Source: an uncultured delta proteobacterium (GTDB lineage: Bacteria > Desulfobacterota > Binatia > UBA9968). Taken from it: 64,000 bases of DNA. Location of the stretch: the NCBI GenBank assembly GCA_963728565.1, contig CAVSLC010000023.1, forward strand, positions 128,001-192,000. Reading direction: 5' to 3'. The position numbers and the translations under genes are program-made. Shown here piece by piece: positions 30,991 to 41,207 of the stretch (the stretch's first letter is position 1; the number at the start of each line of letters is the position of its first letter). The notes under the pieces are model-generated. The model saw nothing but the letters and a program-made list of their open reading frames with translations. It ran no database searches and had not been told where the DNA came from.

Positions 30991-31905
30991 GTGGCTTTCG
31001 CGAAGATTGGAATCATGAGCATTGGCGAGATGGGGTATCACTGGGCAAAGCTCTTGAAGGCTCGGGGTGCCGAGGTGCTGACTTATGATCGAGATCGTAG
31101 CCCGGTGACACAAAGGCGCGGTGAAAACGCAGGAGTCAAGTCCACTGCTTCCCTGACAGAATTGTGCTCGAGCGCGGATCTGATTGTCTCGATCGTGGTG
31201 CCATCGGCGGCACTCAAGGTCGCAGCAGAAATCGCCAAGGCCGCGGGCGAGGCTAATCGCAAGAACTTGATCTATTTCGACGCCAACGCGATTTCGCCCA
31301 TGACCGCGGAGTCGATTAGCAGAGTGGTCAATGAAAGCGGTGTGAACTTTGTTGATGGCTGCATAATCGGTTCAGCTTCTAAAATGGATAAAGGAGCGGT
31401 GATATACGCCTCCGGTCCCGACGCATCCCGCATTCTCGAGCTTGGCGGTTATGGTCTAAGCGTGCAAGTTCTTGGAGGTGGAACATCGCAGGCATCCGCT
31501 TTCAAAGTAGTCTATGCCGGGTTGACGAAAGGATTGCAGGGACTGTTCGTTGAACTGCTGATCGCCGCCAAGCGTTTCGGTCTGCTCGATGAGATCATCA
31601 AACGATATGATGAGAGCTTCCCCGGTTTGCTCGAAAAAGTCAGTTCTAGCATCGTCGGCCTGCGCATCCATGCGGGACGTCGCGCTGAGGAAATGGATGA
31701 GCTCCAGCGCACGTATGCGCATTACGGTATGCAAGCTTTGATGGCCCCGGCGATCCAAAAAATTCTGGGCAGCATTGCCGATTTGGAAATCCGCGAAAGC
31801 TCGGCCAAAGGCGCGCGTGAGGGAGATCTCATGGAGACGCTGGAGTTGTTTTATCAACAGGGACTTTTGAGCAATACGCGTCTTGCGTCAAATGCGAGCA
31901 AGTGA
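30991..31905 (+). CDS. NAD(P)-dependent oxidoreductase, beta-hydroxyacid dehydrogenase-like (DUF1932-type C-terminus)
   Basis: IGIMSIGEMG, DANAISP, ASAFKVVYAGLTKG, HAGRRAEEMDE. Confidence 0.8.
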   Translation: MAFAKIGIMSIGEMGYHWAKLLKARGAEVLTYDRDRSPVTQRRGENAGVKSTASLTELCSSADLIVSIVVPSAALKVAAEIAKAAGEANRKNLIYFDANAISPMTAESISRVVNESGVNFVDGCIIGSASKMDKGAVIYASGPDASRILELGGYGLSVQVLGGGTSQASAFKVVYAGLTKGLQGLFVELLIAAKRFGLLDEIIKRYDESFPGLLEKVSSSIVGLRIHAGRRAEEMDELQRTYAHYGMQALMAPAIQKILGSIADLEIRESSAKGAREGDLMETLELFYQQGLLSNTRLASNASK

Positions 31906-31961
31906 TAGGCGCATGTTGATTGAATTGACCTAGGCTGTTCCTAAACACGAGGAGACACACA

Positions 31962-33743
31962 GTGGCGAAATCGCAAAGCAGGGTAGAAAAGAAGCAACCA
32001 CAATACGGGTCGGATGTCGTTGTCGATCTAATGAAAGCCCATGACATCGAATATGCGGCGTTCAATCCGGGAGCGACCTTTCGTGGCATTCATGACTCCA
32101 TCGTAAACTACGGTGGGAACTACAAGCCGGAAGTGATTTTTTGTTGCCATGAGGAATTTTCCGTGGCGATCGCTCATGGCTACGCCAAGGCGAAAGGTAA
32201 GCCGATGATCGCCATTGTTCACAACATGGTTGGCTTGCAACACGCGAGTATGGCAATCTTCAACGCCTGGATAGACCGGGTGCCAATCATTGTCTTGGGC
32301 GGCACCGGCCCGATGAACACCAAGCGACGCCGGCCTCGCATCGATTGGATTCACACCGCCCTAGTGCAGGGAAACCAGGTTCGGGACTATGTGAAATGGG
32401 ACGATCAACCCTATACGCTTGCGGATGTTCCAGATTCATTCATTCGCGGGTACCGGATCGCCACGACCGAACCGATGGCGCCGGTTTATATTAATTACGA
32501 CGCCGACATCCAGGAAGAGTCTGTTTCCACCCCTGTCGAGTTGCCGGATATCAGCCGTTATGCGCCGCCAGCTCCGGTACAGGCCAACCCTGTGGAGCTG
32601 AAGCGGGCCGCCGAGCTATTAGTCAATGCTCAAATGCCTTTGATCATTGCAGATAGCTTGGGACGCAACCCACAAACAGTGCCGGCATTGGTTGATCTCG
32701 CCGAGCTGTTGGCGATTCCAGTGATCGATAAAGGGGCGCGTTTCAATTTCCCAACCACCCACCCATTGGATGTTACCGATGGGGCAAAAGAGATCTTGCC
32801 CAAAGCCGATGTGATTTTGGCTCTGGACGTCGCCGATTTGTATGGATCTCTAACGACCGTTAGCAAGCAAACCCGCGACTGCGTCTATGTGACCTCACCG
32901 TCAGTGAAGATTATCACTATTTCGATGCACGACATGCTGGTGCGCTCGTGGGCCGGAGATTACCAGGCCTTACAGCCCACCGATATTCCACTCACGGCCG
33001 ATACTTCGGTGGCGGTGCCGGAACTGACTCGCCTTTGCCGCGAACTTTTAGGCAAGGATTCGAAGAGGAAATCGGCAATGGAGGCAAGACAGAAAGAACT
33101 GGCCGACAAAAGTAAGAGTCGGCGGGCTAAGTGGTTGGCCGATGCGCAAGCCAAGGCTTCGCTGCAAAACATCTCGACCGCTTTTCTCGCGTATGATCTA
33201 GGTGAGGTAATCAAAAGAGAGGATTGGGTGCTGGTGAACGGAACGTCAAACGGCTGGGCTCGCCGTTTATGGGACTTTACCAAACCGAACCAATATCTTG
33301 GCGCTAGCGGGGGCGCCGGAGTTGGTTACGGCGCCAGCGCAGCCATCGGCGCAGCCTTGGCTTTGAAAGGGAGCGGCAAAGTCGCAATCGATATCCAGTC
33401 GGATGGCGACTTGCTTATGACCTCGAGTTGTCTCTGGACCGCGGCCAAACACAGGATTCCTCTACTGATGGTGCTGCACAATAACCAGTCTTTTTACAAC
33501 TCAGAAGAGCATGGGATCGAAGTGGCTAAGTTTCGCAACCGACCGGTGGAGAACGCGGGTATAGGAACTCACGTGGACGATCCGGAGGTCGATTATGCGA
33601 AGATGGCGCAGTCTTTTGGCGTGCATGCCGAAGGAACGATCCGCCGAACCTCGGAATTGCGTCCAGCGATCGAGCGGGCGTTGAAATACGTAAAGGAGAA
33701 GCAATTGCCGGCTCTGGTGGACGTGGTTTCAGAGCCGCGATAG
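31962..33743 (+). CDS. Thiamine diphosphate-dependent enzyme (acetolactate synthase/benzoylformate decarboxylase superfamily)
   Basis: NPGATFRG.HDS, CHEE..VAIAHGYAK, SDGDLLM...NN ThDP motif. Confidence 0.88.
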   Translation: MAKSQSRVEKKQPQYGSDVVVDLMKAHDIEYAAFNPGATFRGIHDSIVNYGGNYKPEVIFCCHEEFSVAIAHGYAKAKGKPMIAIVHNMVGLQHASMAIFNAWIDRVPIIVLGGTGPMNTKRRRPRIDWIHTALVQGNQVRDYVKWDDQPYTLADVPDSFIRGYRIATTEPMAPVYINYDADIQEESVSTPVELPDISRYAPPAPVQANPVELKRAAELLVNAQMPLIIADSLGRNPQTVPALVDLAELLAIPVIDKGARFNFPTTHPLDVTDGAKEILPKADVILALDVADLYGSLTTVSKQTRDCVYVTSPSVKIITISMHDMLVRSWAGDYQALQPTDIPLTADTSVAVPELTRLCRELLGKDSKRKSAMEARQKELADKSKSRRAKWLADAQAKASLQNISTAFLAYDLGEVIKREDWVLVNGTSNGWARRLWDFTKPNQYLGASGGAGVGYGASAAIGAALALKGSGKVAIDIQSDGDLLMTSSCLWTAAKHRIPLLMVLHNNQSFYNSEEHGIEVAKFRNRPVENAGIGTHVDDPEVDYAKMAQSFGVHAEGTIRRTSELRPAIERALKYVKEKQLPALVDVVSEPR

Positions 33744-33754
33744 GAGCTTTCGTT

Positions 33755-34588
33755 GTGAGCAACGATCTCTACGTTGCATTTCGCCAGGCCATCGATGGTC
33801 CGGAAGATCAGATCGATATCGGCCGCGCGGCTCTAGCAATTGCCACGCAGGAGTATCCGGATCTTAAAATTGACGACTGCCTGTCCCAGCTCGATGCGCT
33901 GGGACAGGCAGTCGAGCTTAGAATCGGTGACGAGAAAAATCCCTACCGCATTATCGCCGCCCTCAACACGGTCCTCTTCAAAGAGCTAGGTTTCCAAGGG
34001 AACCGTTCTGAATACTACGATCCTAAGAATAGTTTCCTAAACGATGTCATCAGTCGCAAGAAAGGAATTCCTATTAGTCTTTCGGTGGTTTACATGGAAG
34101 TGGCTCGGCGAGTGGGATTATCGCTTGAGGGAATAGGTTTCCCAGGTCATTTTCTGGTCAAGTATGACGATGGCAAATTGGAAATTTTCATCGATGTTTT
34201 CAACGGGGGAGAGATCCGTTCACGGGAAGATCTGGATCGAATGCTGCAGCAGCTTTATCGAGGTCAGCTGTCGTATCAACCCGGTTTTGTCGTCCCTTTA
34301 GGCAAACGAGACATTTTGCGGCGGATGCTCAATAACCTGAAATGGATTTACCTGGAGAGAGGCGAACCGCTGAAAACCTTGTCGGTGCTCGATCAGTTGG
34401 CGATACTGGATCCGAGCGCGGCCAGTGAAATTCGCGACCGCGGGCTCTTGTATATCACCCTTGAATGTTATGCGCAGGCACTCGATGATCTGGAAAGCTA
34501 CTTATCACTAGCTCCTGGCGCCGAAGATGCGGCGATGATAAAAGCGCAGATCGAATCGATAAGACACCGATACCTCCAGATTCACTGA
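33755..34588 (+). CDS. SirB1/YchA-like transglutaminase-like protein with TPR
   Basis: GFQGNRSEYYDPKNSFLNDV..RKKGIPISL, GIGFPGHFLV, RMLNNLK, RDRGL. Confidence 0.88.
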   Translation: MSNDLYVAFRQAIDGPEDQIDIGRAALAIATQEYPDLKIDDCLSQLDALGQAVELRIGDEKNPYRIIAALNTVLFKELGFQGNRSEYYDPKNSFLNDVISRKKGIPISLSVVYMEVARRVGLSLEGIGFPGHFLVKYDDGKLEIFIDVFNGGEIRSREDLDRMLQQLYRGQLSYQPGFVVPLGKRDILRRMLNNLKWIYLERGEPLKTLSVLDQLAILDPSAASEIRDRGLLYITLECYAQALDDLESYLSLAPGAEDAAMIKAQIESIRHRYLQIH

Positions 34589-34612
34589 CACGCAATTCTA
34601 TGGCACCGGTTC

Positions 34613-36829
34613 TTATCGTCTGGCGAATTCCTTAAAGTTTGCGGCGAAGGAAGTGGTTAACGAGAAATCCTGGATCATCGCCCGCGTAAGGCGCCATGGC
34701 CGGATGTGCCATAATTTCATCTGGCGCGCGTTGTGAATCGTATGGCTCCAAATCCGCTGCAGTTCCTGTCTGGAATAGACCACCCGATTGTTAATCGCGT
34801 CGAACTTAATCAGCCGTAAGCTAGCACGCGATGGCAATGAACCCCGTAACTTTGTGTAAGCTTCCTGCCACTCGTTCACGCGGTCGCTGAGACGTACGTT
34901 CGCCTGTAGGCTGTGCATCTCATCAAGGCAACTTCGTGCCGCTTCGGTTTCCACCCAACGGATCTCTTGTATCCTATTTCTCAGGTGTTCCCATTGCTTT
35001 AGAAAGCGGTTCAGATCGCTGCGGTTGTAAAGAATTCTCGACGAGAGCTCTTCCAGAGGATCTAGCAGGGCTCTGGCCCGTCCCGAAAGCGTTTCCCTAG
35101 CGCTACTGTAAACTTTTTGTAACTCAGCAATTCGTAAAGCTTGCCAAATATCGGTTTGAATTTTCTGGATCTGCTCGACCCAGCGCTCCTCGGTGTCGCT
35201 TTTTTTTCTGGTTTGCAGCCAAACTTCTTCAATCTCCTTCAGAAACTTTGCCCAGTTGACAAGTAGGTGCGTGATTTCTTTACTGCGTTTCCAGGCATGA
35301 ACCGGTACCGAGTCGATAGCATAGCCTGGCCGGCGGGTTTTACGATCCTTGAGCCGGAAAAAACCGGCGACCATCGGGTGCTGTTTCTCAATTAAAGCCG
35401 CGTTCTTGTACCACAAGAAAATCGACATAAGGTTCCAGTAATTTCTCGGATTATCGGTCCACCTGGAAAGGACCCTGATCATATTTTCTTTGCTGTAAAA
35501 TGTTCTCCATGCGTTTTCATAACAATCGGTCCACTCTTGTTCGCTCATCAGCGGGTGCTTGATGGTGGCATGAAACGAGTCGCGCTTATTGAAATCCGGG
35601 TCCATCCAATCGCCCCGTTTTTTCATCTCTCGATGATCGTGCGACCCCGGCAGGGGAGTTAGCATAAAAAATGAAGCCTGATCGGGGCCAACCTCGTCGA
35701 TGAGAAAGCGGATGTCGTTCGGAACCTGCTCTTTTGAATCCCAGGGTAGGCCGATGATATAGCCGGTATGAACCACTACTCCGACTTGATGCCATTCTTG
35801 GATGATCTCGCGATACTCTTCAACTTTGTTTTGCTTTTTGCCTTCAGACTCCAAGTTCTGCGGATTGACGCTTTCCATGCCGATAAAGACTTGCGTGCAG
35901 CCCGCTTTCGCCGCCAGCGAAACGAAGTCTTTCGGCTTCCTTGCGAGGTCAACCTGCATCATGAAGGTCACATCGAGACCTTCTTCTCGAAGTTTGATAA
36001 TCTCTTCAAAGGTTTCGCGCCAGAGCTTTTTGCGAGCAAAGTTGTCGTCGGTGAAAAAATAAAACGACACGCCATGATCGCGATAGTTCCGGCGCATCAT
36101 CGCCGCGATGCTTTGCGGGCTTCGTTCACGCATCTTACGCCCTTGAACATTGATGATCGTGCAGAAGCTGCAGGCAAATGGGCACCCGCGTGATGTGTCT
36201 GCCGTGCCAAAGCTCGGGTAGGCAAAATGCTCCATGGTTTTGGAGCTGGTTTTCGGCAATGGCGAATCTTCGATGTCGACCAAACTTTGTAAGTCTTGCG
36301 CGAAGCTATAAAGAGGTTTGAGTTTCCCTTCGAGAAAGTCCGCTAGAATCATGTCCCACTTGCCTTCGACTTCGCCGGATACCGCGCAGATGCCTTCCCG
36401 AAAAAGTTCTTGCATGTCGGGTTCCTGCTCACCCAACATGTTGACCGTTCCGCTCGTGTGAAAGCCGCCGATGATCACCGTGATCCCCTCGGCGCGCAGG
36501 GTCCTTGCCATATCAACAGCGCGGGGAAATTGATTGGTTTGCACGCCAACCATACAGACCAGCAGCTGCGTATTCGGTTCGCTGTTCCAGCGAATGATTT
36601 TGTGCAGAGGAACTTTTTCTGCGGTTTCGTCAAATGTGGTAATCTCTATCGGAAGATCTCCAAACACACGGCGTTGTATAACATCTTCAGTCAAGCCATG
36701 GAGAACGTTCAAGGTGTTACTCGGTAGGACGCCTTTCCAAAAGCGAATGACGTAACCGTCATCGTCATACTTGGAGGGCTTGATCAAAACTATCCGCAGT
36801 TTTTCAATTAACTTTTGCTGATACGTCAC
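34613..36829 (-). CDS. Radical SAM protein with N-terminal B12-binding-like domain and long helical C-terminal extension
   Basis: GTG start 36829 with SD GGAGG; IKPSKYDDDGY, IIGGFH, SRGCPFACSFC (CxxxCxxC), FTDDNF, FIGMES, YIIGLP. Confidence 0.88.
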   Translation of the reverse strand: MTYQQKLIEKLRIVLIKPSKYDDDGYVIRFWKGVLPSNTLNVLHGLTEDVIQRRVFGDLPIEITTFDETAEKVPLHKIIRWNSEPNTQLLVCMVGVQTNQFPRAVDMARTLRAEGITVIIGGFHTSGTVNMLGEQEPDMQELFREGICAVSGEVEGKWDMILADFLEGKLKPLYSFAQDLQSLVDIEDSPLPKTSSKTMEHFAYPSFGTADTSRGCPFACSFCTIINVQGRKMRERSPQSIAAMMRRNYRDHGVSFYFFTDDNFARKKLWRETFEEIIKLREEGLDVTFMMQVDLARKPKDFVSLAAKAGCTQVFIGMESVNPQNLESEGKKQNKVEEYREIIQEWHQVGVVVHTGYIIGLPWDSKEQVPNDIRFLIDEVGPDQASFFMLTPLPGSHDHREMKKRGDWMDPDFNKRDSFHATIKHPLMSEQEWTDCYENAWRTFYSKENMIRVLSRWTDNPRNYWNLMSIFLWYKNAALIEKQHPMVAGFFRLKDRKTRRPGYAIDSVPVHAWKRSKEITHLLVNWAKFLKEIEEVWLQTRKKSDTEERWVEQIQKIQTDIWQALRIAELQKVYSSARETLSGRARALLDPLEELSSRILYNRSDLNRFLKQWEHLRNRIQEIRWVETEAARSCLDEMHSLQANVRLSDRVNEWQEAYTKLRGSLPSRASLRLIKFDAINNRVVYSRQELQRIWSHTIHNARQMKLWHIRPWRLTRAMIQDFSLTTSFAANFKEFARR

Positions 36830-36981
36830 GCCGCCCTCCGTCAGCTTGTAAGTGTAGCCGACATCTTTTATAGATAAATTAATAAATTCAAGCCTTTGGC
36901 GAACTGTAACAACCGCCCTATACCAAGTCAAGCTTTTTGCACAGTTGGCAGACTTGTAACTGTTTGCCGGCGTTACCCTCG

Positions 36982-37666
36982 ATGATCCAACTGCTTCACG
37001 TCAGCAAAACTTATCCGCCCAGTTCCCCGGCTCTGATCGACATTACGCTGAGTATCGAGGATGGGCATTTCGTTTTCCTGACCGGCCCTAGCGGCGCGGG
37101 AAAAACCACATTACTTAAGCTGCTGTTCCGGGAGGAGGAACCGAGTGAAGGACAGATTCTAATTGATCATCAGAATGTCACGCGCTTGCGCAGCCGCGGA
37201 GTCGCCCGCCTACGGAGGCGCATTGGGCTGGTCTTTCAAGAATTCAGATTGCTGCCGCGGCTCACTGTAATGGAAAATGTCGCGCTAGCGGCTCAAGTGG
37301 TGGGCGTTTCGCGACGAGAAGCTCAGATCAAAGCTGTTCGCATACTGAGGGAACTCGGGCTGGAAAAACCACAAGCCAAACCGCTGATGCTCTCGGCCGG
37401 GGAGCAGCAACGCGTCGCCATTGCACGAGCTTTGATCAATGAACCCAGATTGATCTTGGCTGACGAGCCGACTGGAAATCTCGATCCGGGCCTTGCCGAA
37501 GAAATTATGCGAATATTTCTTAAATTGCGCGAAGCTGGAACGACTCTCATCGTCGCCAGTCACAATCTGGATCTGATCAAGCGGTATGGCAGTCGAATTC
37601 TGTCACTGCGTCAAGGTCGCCTCGTTGATGATCTCGAAAGAGTGACGGAGGCGCACGCGTCTGTGA
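36982..37666 (+). CDS. ftsE: Cell division ATP-binding protein FtsE (in frame with ftsX in this sequence)
   Basis: FLTGPSGAGKTT, RRRIGLVFQ, LSAGEQQRVAIARA, ADEPTGNLD. Confidence 0.9.
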
Positions 37667-38571
37667 GCTGGTCGCATGTCGCGTTTGTCGCTCGTCGTGT
37701 GCGCCAAAGCTTATGGGAGTTGCTGTGGAGTCACGTCCTTACTTCGGGAACTATGGCGACCTCGCTATTCGTTTTCGGTGTTTTCATCCTCCTTCAGGAG
37801 AATCTTCAGCACATGCTAAACGGCTGGGGAGATCAGATTCAGATAAACACCTATCTCGCTAACGATGTCGGCACTGATCAAGTGGAAGCGATGATGGATC
37901 GCATTCGTGCAATGCCGGAAGTTGAGGGTTTGCGGCATATTTCCAAGGAGCAAGCCTGGAACGATTTCCAAACCGCTTTAGGCGCTCAGTCCGCTGTTTT
38001 AGAAGGCTTGCCCAGCGATGTTTTGCCGGCGTCGTTTGAAATCACCGTTAAGCCTGTCTTTCGGGACCCGGCGCGAGTTCAGGATCTCGCGGGTCGCCTC
38101 GGTAAGATCAACGGAATCGCGGCTGTGGAGTATCCGCAACAATGGGTTGACCGGCTCAACCTGTTCGTGTTAGCGGTCCGGTGGGCCAAGTGGGCGCTAG
38201 GCGGTATTCTTTTCATCGCGACCTTTTTCATTGTCGGCAGTACCGTTCGGTTGGCTTTGTTGGCGCGTAAAGACGAGATCGAAATCATGCAGTTCGTCGG
38301 TGCTTCGGAAGAACTGATTCGCGCGCCCTTTGTGGTTGAAGGCATGCTTCAAGGCACAATCGGCGCGGGCGTTTCTTTATTCTGTTTATGGCTATGTTAT
38401 GTGTTGTTGCAGCAATACCTGGTCGGCCATTTGGCTCTGTTCGGGCCCAAGATGCAATTGCGTTTTCTTGATCCCGCCAGCATCACGATGATCGTCGCGA
38501 TCGGCTTGCTGCTCGGCGGCCTTGGCAGTCTCTTTTCTCTTAGGAGGTTCCTTAGAAAGTGGCGCGGCTAG
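37663..38571 (+). CDS. ftsX: Cell division permease FtsX
   Basis: ISKEQAW..F, LPASFEI, TVRLALLARKDEIEIMQFVGA...IRAPF..EG. Confidence 0.9.
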   Translation: MSWSHVAFVARRVRQSLWELLWSHVLTSGTMATSLFVFGVFILLQENLQHMLNGWGDQIQINTYLANDVGTDQVEAMMDRIRAMPEVEGLRHISKEQAWNDFQTALGAQSAVLEGLPSDVLPASFEITVKPVFRDPARVQDLAGRLGKINGIAAVEYPQQWVDRLNLFVLAVRWAKWALGGILFIATFFIVGSTVRLALLARKDEIEIMQFVGASEELIRAPFVVEGMLQGTIGAGVSLFCLWLCYVLLQQYLVGHLALFGPKMQLRFLDPASITMIVAIGLLLGGLGSLFSLRRFLRKWRG

Positions 38572-39708
38572 CGGTTGTGGCTGTCTGCCTCCTTGCAGGT
38601 TTGCTAGGGGCGCTAGCTCATTCGGCGAGTGTCAATCGAGATCTGGAAGGCATCAAGAAAAAGATCGAATCGGAAAAACGTGTCCTTTCTCAGGTGAACA
38701 AAAAGGAAGGTTCGGTGATTCAATCCCTGAGTCAGGTGGAGAGCGAACTTGAACGAAAAAACAAACTACTCAAACAGTCGACCGCCAGACTAGAAGTAGT
38801 CGTCTCGGAAATGCAGAAGAAAGAAGCGGAGGCGCTGCGAATGCGTGAGTCGCTGGAGCAGCGCAAAAGCTATTTGGCGCGACGCGCTGAAGCGCTTTAT
38901 CGTTGGCAGCGCAGCGGCAGTCCACTGATGATTTTCAATGGCGACCTATCCTTAAACTCTTTAATCAAGCGAAAATATTACTTGCAACGCACCGTGGCCT
39001 TTGACCGAGCGATGGTGCAATCGTTGAACGAGCAGGCGGCGCATCAGGAAATGCTTGCGCAAGAACTGGCCCGTAAAAGGCAAGACGTTGACGATCAGAG
39101 ACGCGACTTGGCCCAGGTCAAGGAAGCAGTTCAAAAAGAGGCGCAAAAAAAACGTGAGTTGCTCGCCAGCATCAGAGAGGAAAAAGAATCGCGCCAGCGC
39201 GCGTTGAAAGATTTAGAGCAGGCTGCCGTACGCTTGCAGAGAATGATCGAGGAACTTTCCAGGCGCTCATGCGGCCAAATCGAAGGAAGCTTCGGCCGAT
39301 GGCGGTTTAGAAAGCATGCGTGGGAAGCTCGATTGGCCGGTTAAAGGCCAAGTGATCGGCGGCTTTGGTAAAACCAAACACCATGAGTTTTCCACCGAGG
39401 TCTTCCGTAAGGGTTTGGAGATCGAAGCTCCCGTCGGGGAGGAGATTCGGGCTGTTGAGAAGGGGAAAGTTGTCTTCGCCGACCGATTCTCCGGGTATGG
39501 TAAAATGTTGATTATCGATCACGGCGACCGTTATTATACGGTTTATGCTCATTTGTCGGATTTTCTAAGGAAAAATGGAGATTTCGTACGACGCGGAGAA
39601 GCCGTTGCCCTGGTCGGTGATAGCGATTCACTGGCGGGCTCAAAGCTTTATTTCGAGATGCGCAAGGACGGCAAATCGATCGATCCGGCGCCCTGGTTTC
39701 GAAGATAA
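38559..39708 (+). CDS. envC: Murein hydrolase activator EnvC (coiled coil + M23); frameshift near 39270
   Basis: Signal peptide, long coiled coil, then RGKLDWPVKG...GYGKMLIIDHG...LYFEMR in a shifted frame; follows ftsEX. Confidence 0.88.
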
Positions 39709-39780
39709 TAGCTATTTCCAAACCGTTGATATAGTATTGTTTTACTACAAACGTGGCCAGAACTGGCGAGGTGAGATCCT

Positions 39781-41139
39781 ATGCGTTCGATGACTAAGCA
39801 TGGTGTGAGTCTTTCAATTCTACTTGTTGGAATTGCCCTGGGATTCGTTTTAGCCGGACAGTGGGTTCCCAATGTGTCGGCGGTGCCCCGGCAGGACTAT
39901 GAAACTTTAGAAACCTTTACCAACATACTTTCCATCGTCAAGAAGAATTATGTCGAGGATGTAGAAACCAAGAATCTCGTCAACGGGGCGATTAATGGCA
40001 TGCTAACTTCACTCGATCCTCATAGCGCTTACCTGACCCCCGACCTCTATAAAGAACTGCAAATGGACACCCAGGGGAGATTCGGCGGCCTTGGAATTGA
40101 GATCACCGTTAAAAACGGTGTGCTGACGGTGGTTTCACCGATTGAAGATACGCCGGCGTTTAAAGCCGGGGTGAAGCCGGGCGATATGATTTTCAAAATT
40201 GAAGATGATTTTACCAAGGACATGACACTGGTTGATGCCGTCAAAAGAATGCGTGGCCCGAAAGGCAGCAAAATCAACCTTTCGATCAAACGAGAAGGGA
40301 ATCCGGAACTGATCAATCTAAGCTTGACCCGCGATACCATCAGGGTTCAAAGCGTTCGCAATCGAACCTTGGAGCCGGGGTATGGGTATATCCGTCTGGC
40401 ACAGTTCCAGGAGCGCAGTGACCGTGATTTACAGAGGGCGCTGGAGAAAATGGCGGCGGAAAAAGGCGGTTTGAAAGGGCTCGTTCTTGACCTGCGGAAC
40501 AATCCGGGCGGTTTACTGACGCAAGCGGTCAGGATTTCCGACATCTTTTTGGATTCGGGCTTGATCGTTTATACCGACGGGCGCATCGAATCTCAAAAGC
40601 AGAAGTTTTTTGCCCAGAAAGATGCCTCCTCGATGGAGTTCCCGCTGGTGGTGCTCGTGAATGGCGGCAGCGCCAGCGCCTCCGAAATCGTTGCCGGCGC
40701 TTTGCAGGATCACAAGCGCGCCGTGGTCCTGGGCACCAAAACCTTCGGCAAGGGTTCAGTGCAGACCATTCTGCCTCTGGACGACAACTCTGCGCTGCGA
40801 CTTACCACCGCGCGTTACTTCACCCCCAAGGGGCGATCTATTCAAGCCACTGGAATCGTTCCCGATATCACCGTTGAGAGCACGCCGCAGCAGGACGGCA
40901 AGCTCGACGATCGCAAGAGGCAGAGCCTGCGCGAGGAAAATTTGCCCGGCCACCTGCAAAATCAGCAGCAGAATCCGTCGTCACAAGAGCAACTGGATAG
41001 GGAGCGGGAAAAGCAGATTCCATCTTCGGCTCCGACTGGAGACGAAACGATTGACAATGACGCTCAATTAAAGCGTGCTTTGGATCTATTAAAGAGCTGG
41101 GATGTGTTCAAGCAAGTCGTGCAGAAGAAGGCCGCGTAA
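39781..41139 (+). CDS. S41 carboxy-terminal processing protease (CtpA-like)
   Basis: LDPHSAY, GLGIEI PDZ, DLRNNPGG, SASASEIVAGALQD, TFGKGSVQ. Confidence 0.95.
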   Translation: MRSMTKHGVSLSILLVGIALGFVLAGQWVPNVSAVPRQDYETLETFTNILSIVKKNYVEDVETKNLVNGAINGMLTSLDPHSAYLTPDLYKELQMDTQGRFGGLGIEITVKNGVLTVVSPIEDTPAFKAGVKPGDMIFKIEDDFTKDMTLVDAVKRMRGPKGSKINLSIKREGNPELINLSLTRDTIRVQSVRNRTLEPGYGYIRLAQFQERSDRDLQRALEKMAAEKGGLKGLVLDLRNNPGGLLTQAVRISDIFLDSGLIVYTDGRIESQKQKFFAQKDASSMEFPLVVLVNGGSASASEIVAGALQDHKRAVVLGTKTFGKGSVQTILPLDDNSALRLTTARYFTPKGRSIQATGIVPDITVESTPQQDGKLDDRKRQSLREENLPGHLQNQQQNPSSQEQLDREREKQIPSSAPTGDETIDNDAQLKRALDLLKSWDVFKQVVQKKAA

Positions 41140-41162
41140 TCTTGTTGGTTGCTATCACTGTG

Positions 41163-41194
41163 AATTAGCCCTCCCACGGAGGGCTAATTTTTTT
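41163..41194 (+). terminator. Intrinsic terminator after the ctpA-like gene
   Basis: AATTAGCCCTCC-CAC-GGAGGGCTAATT-TTTTT. Confidence 0.9.
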
Positions 41195-41207
41195 GTGAAA
41201 CTAGATC

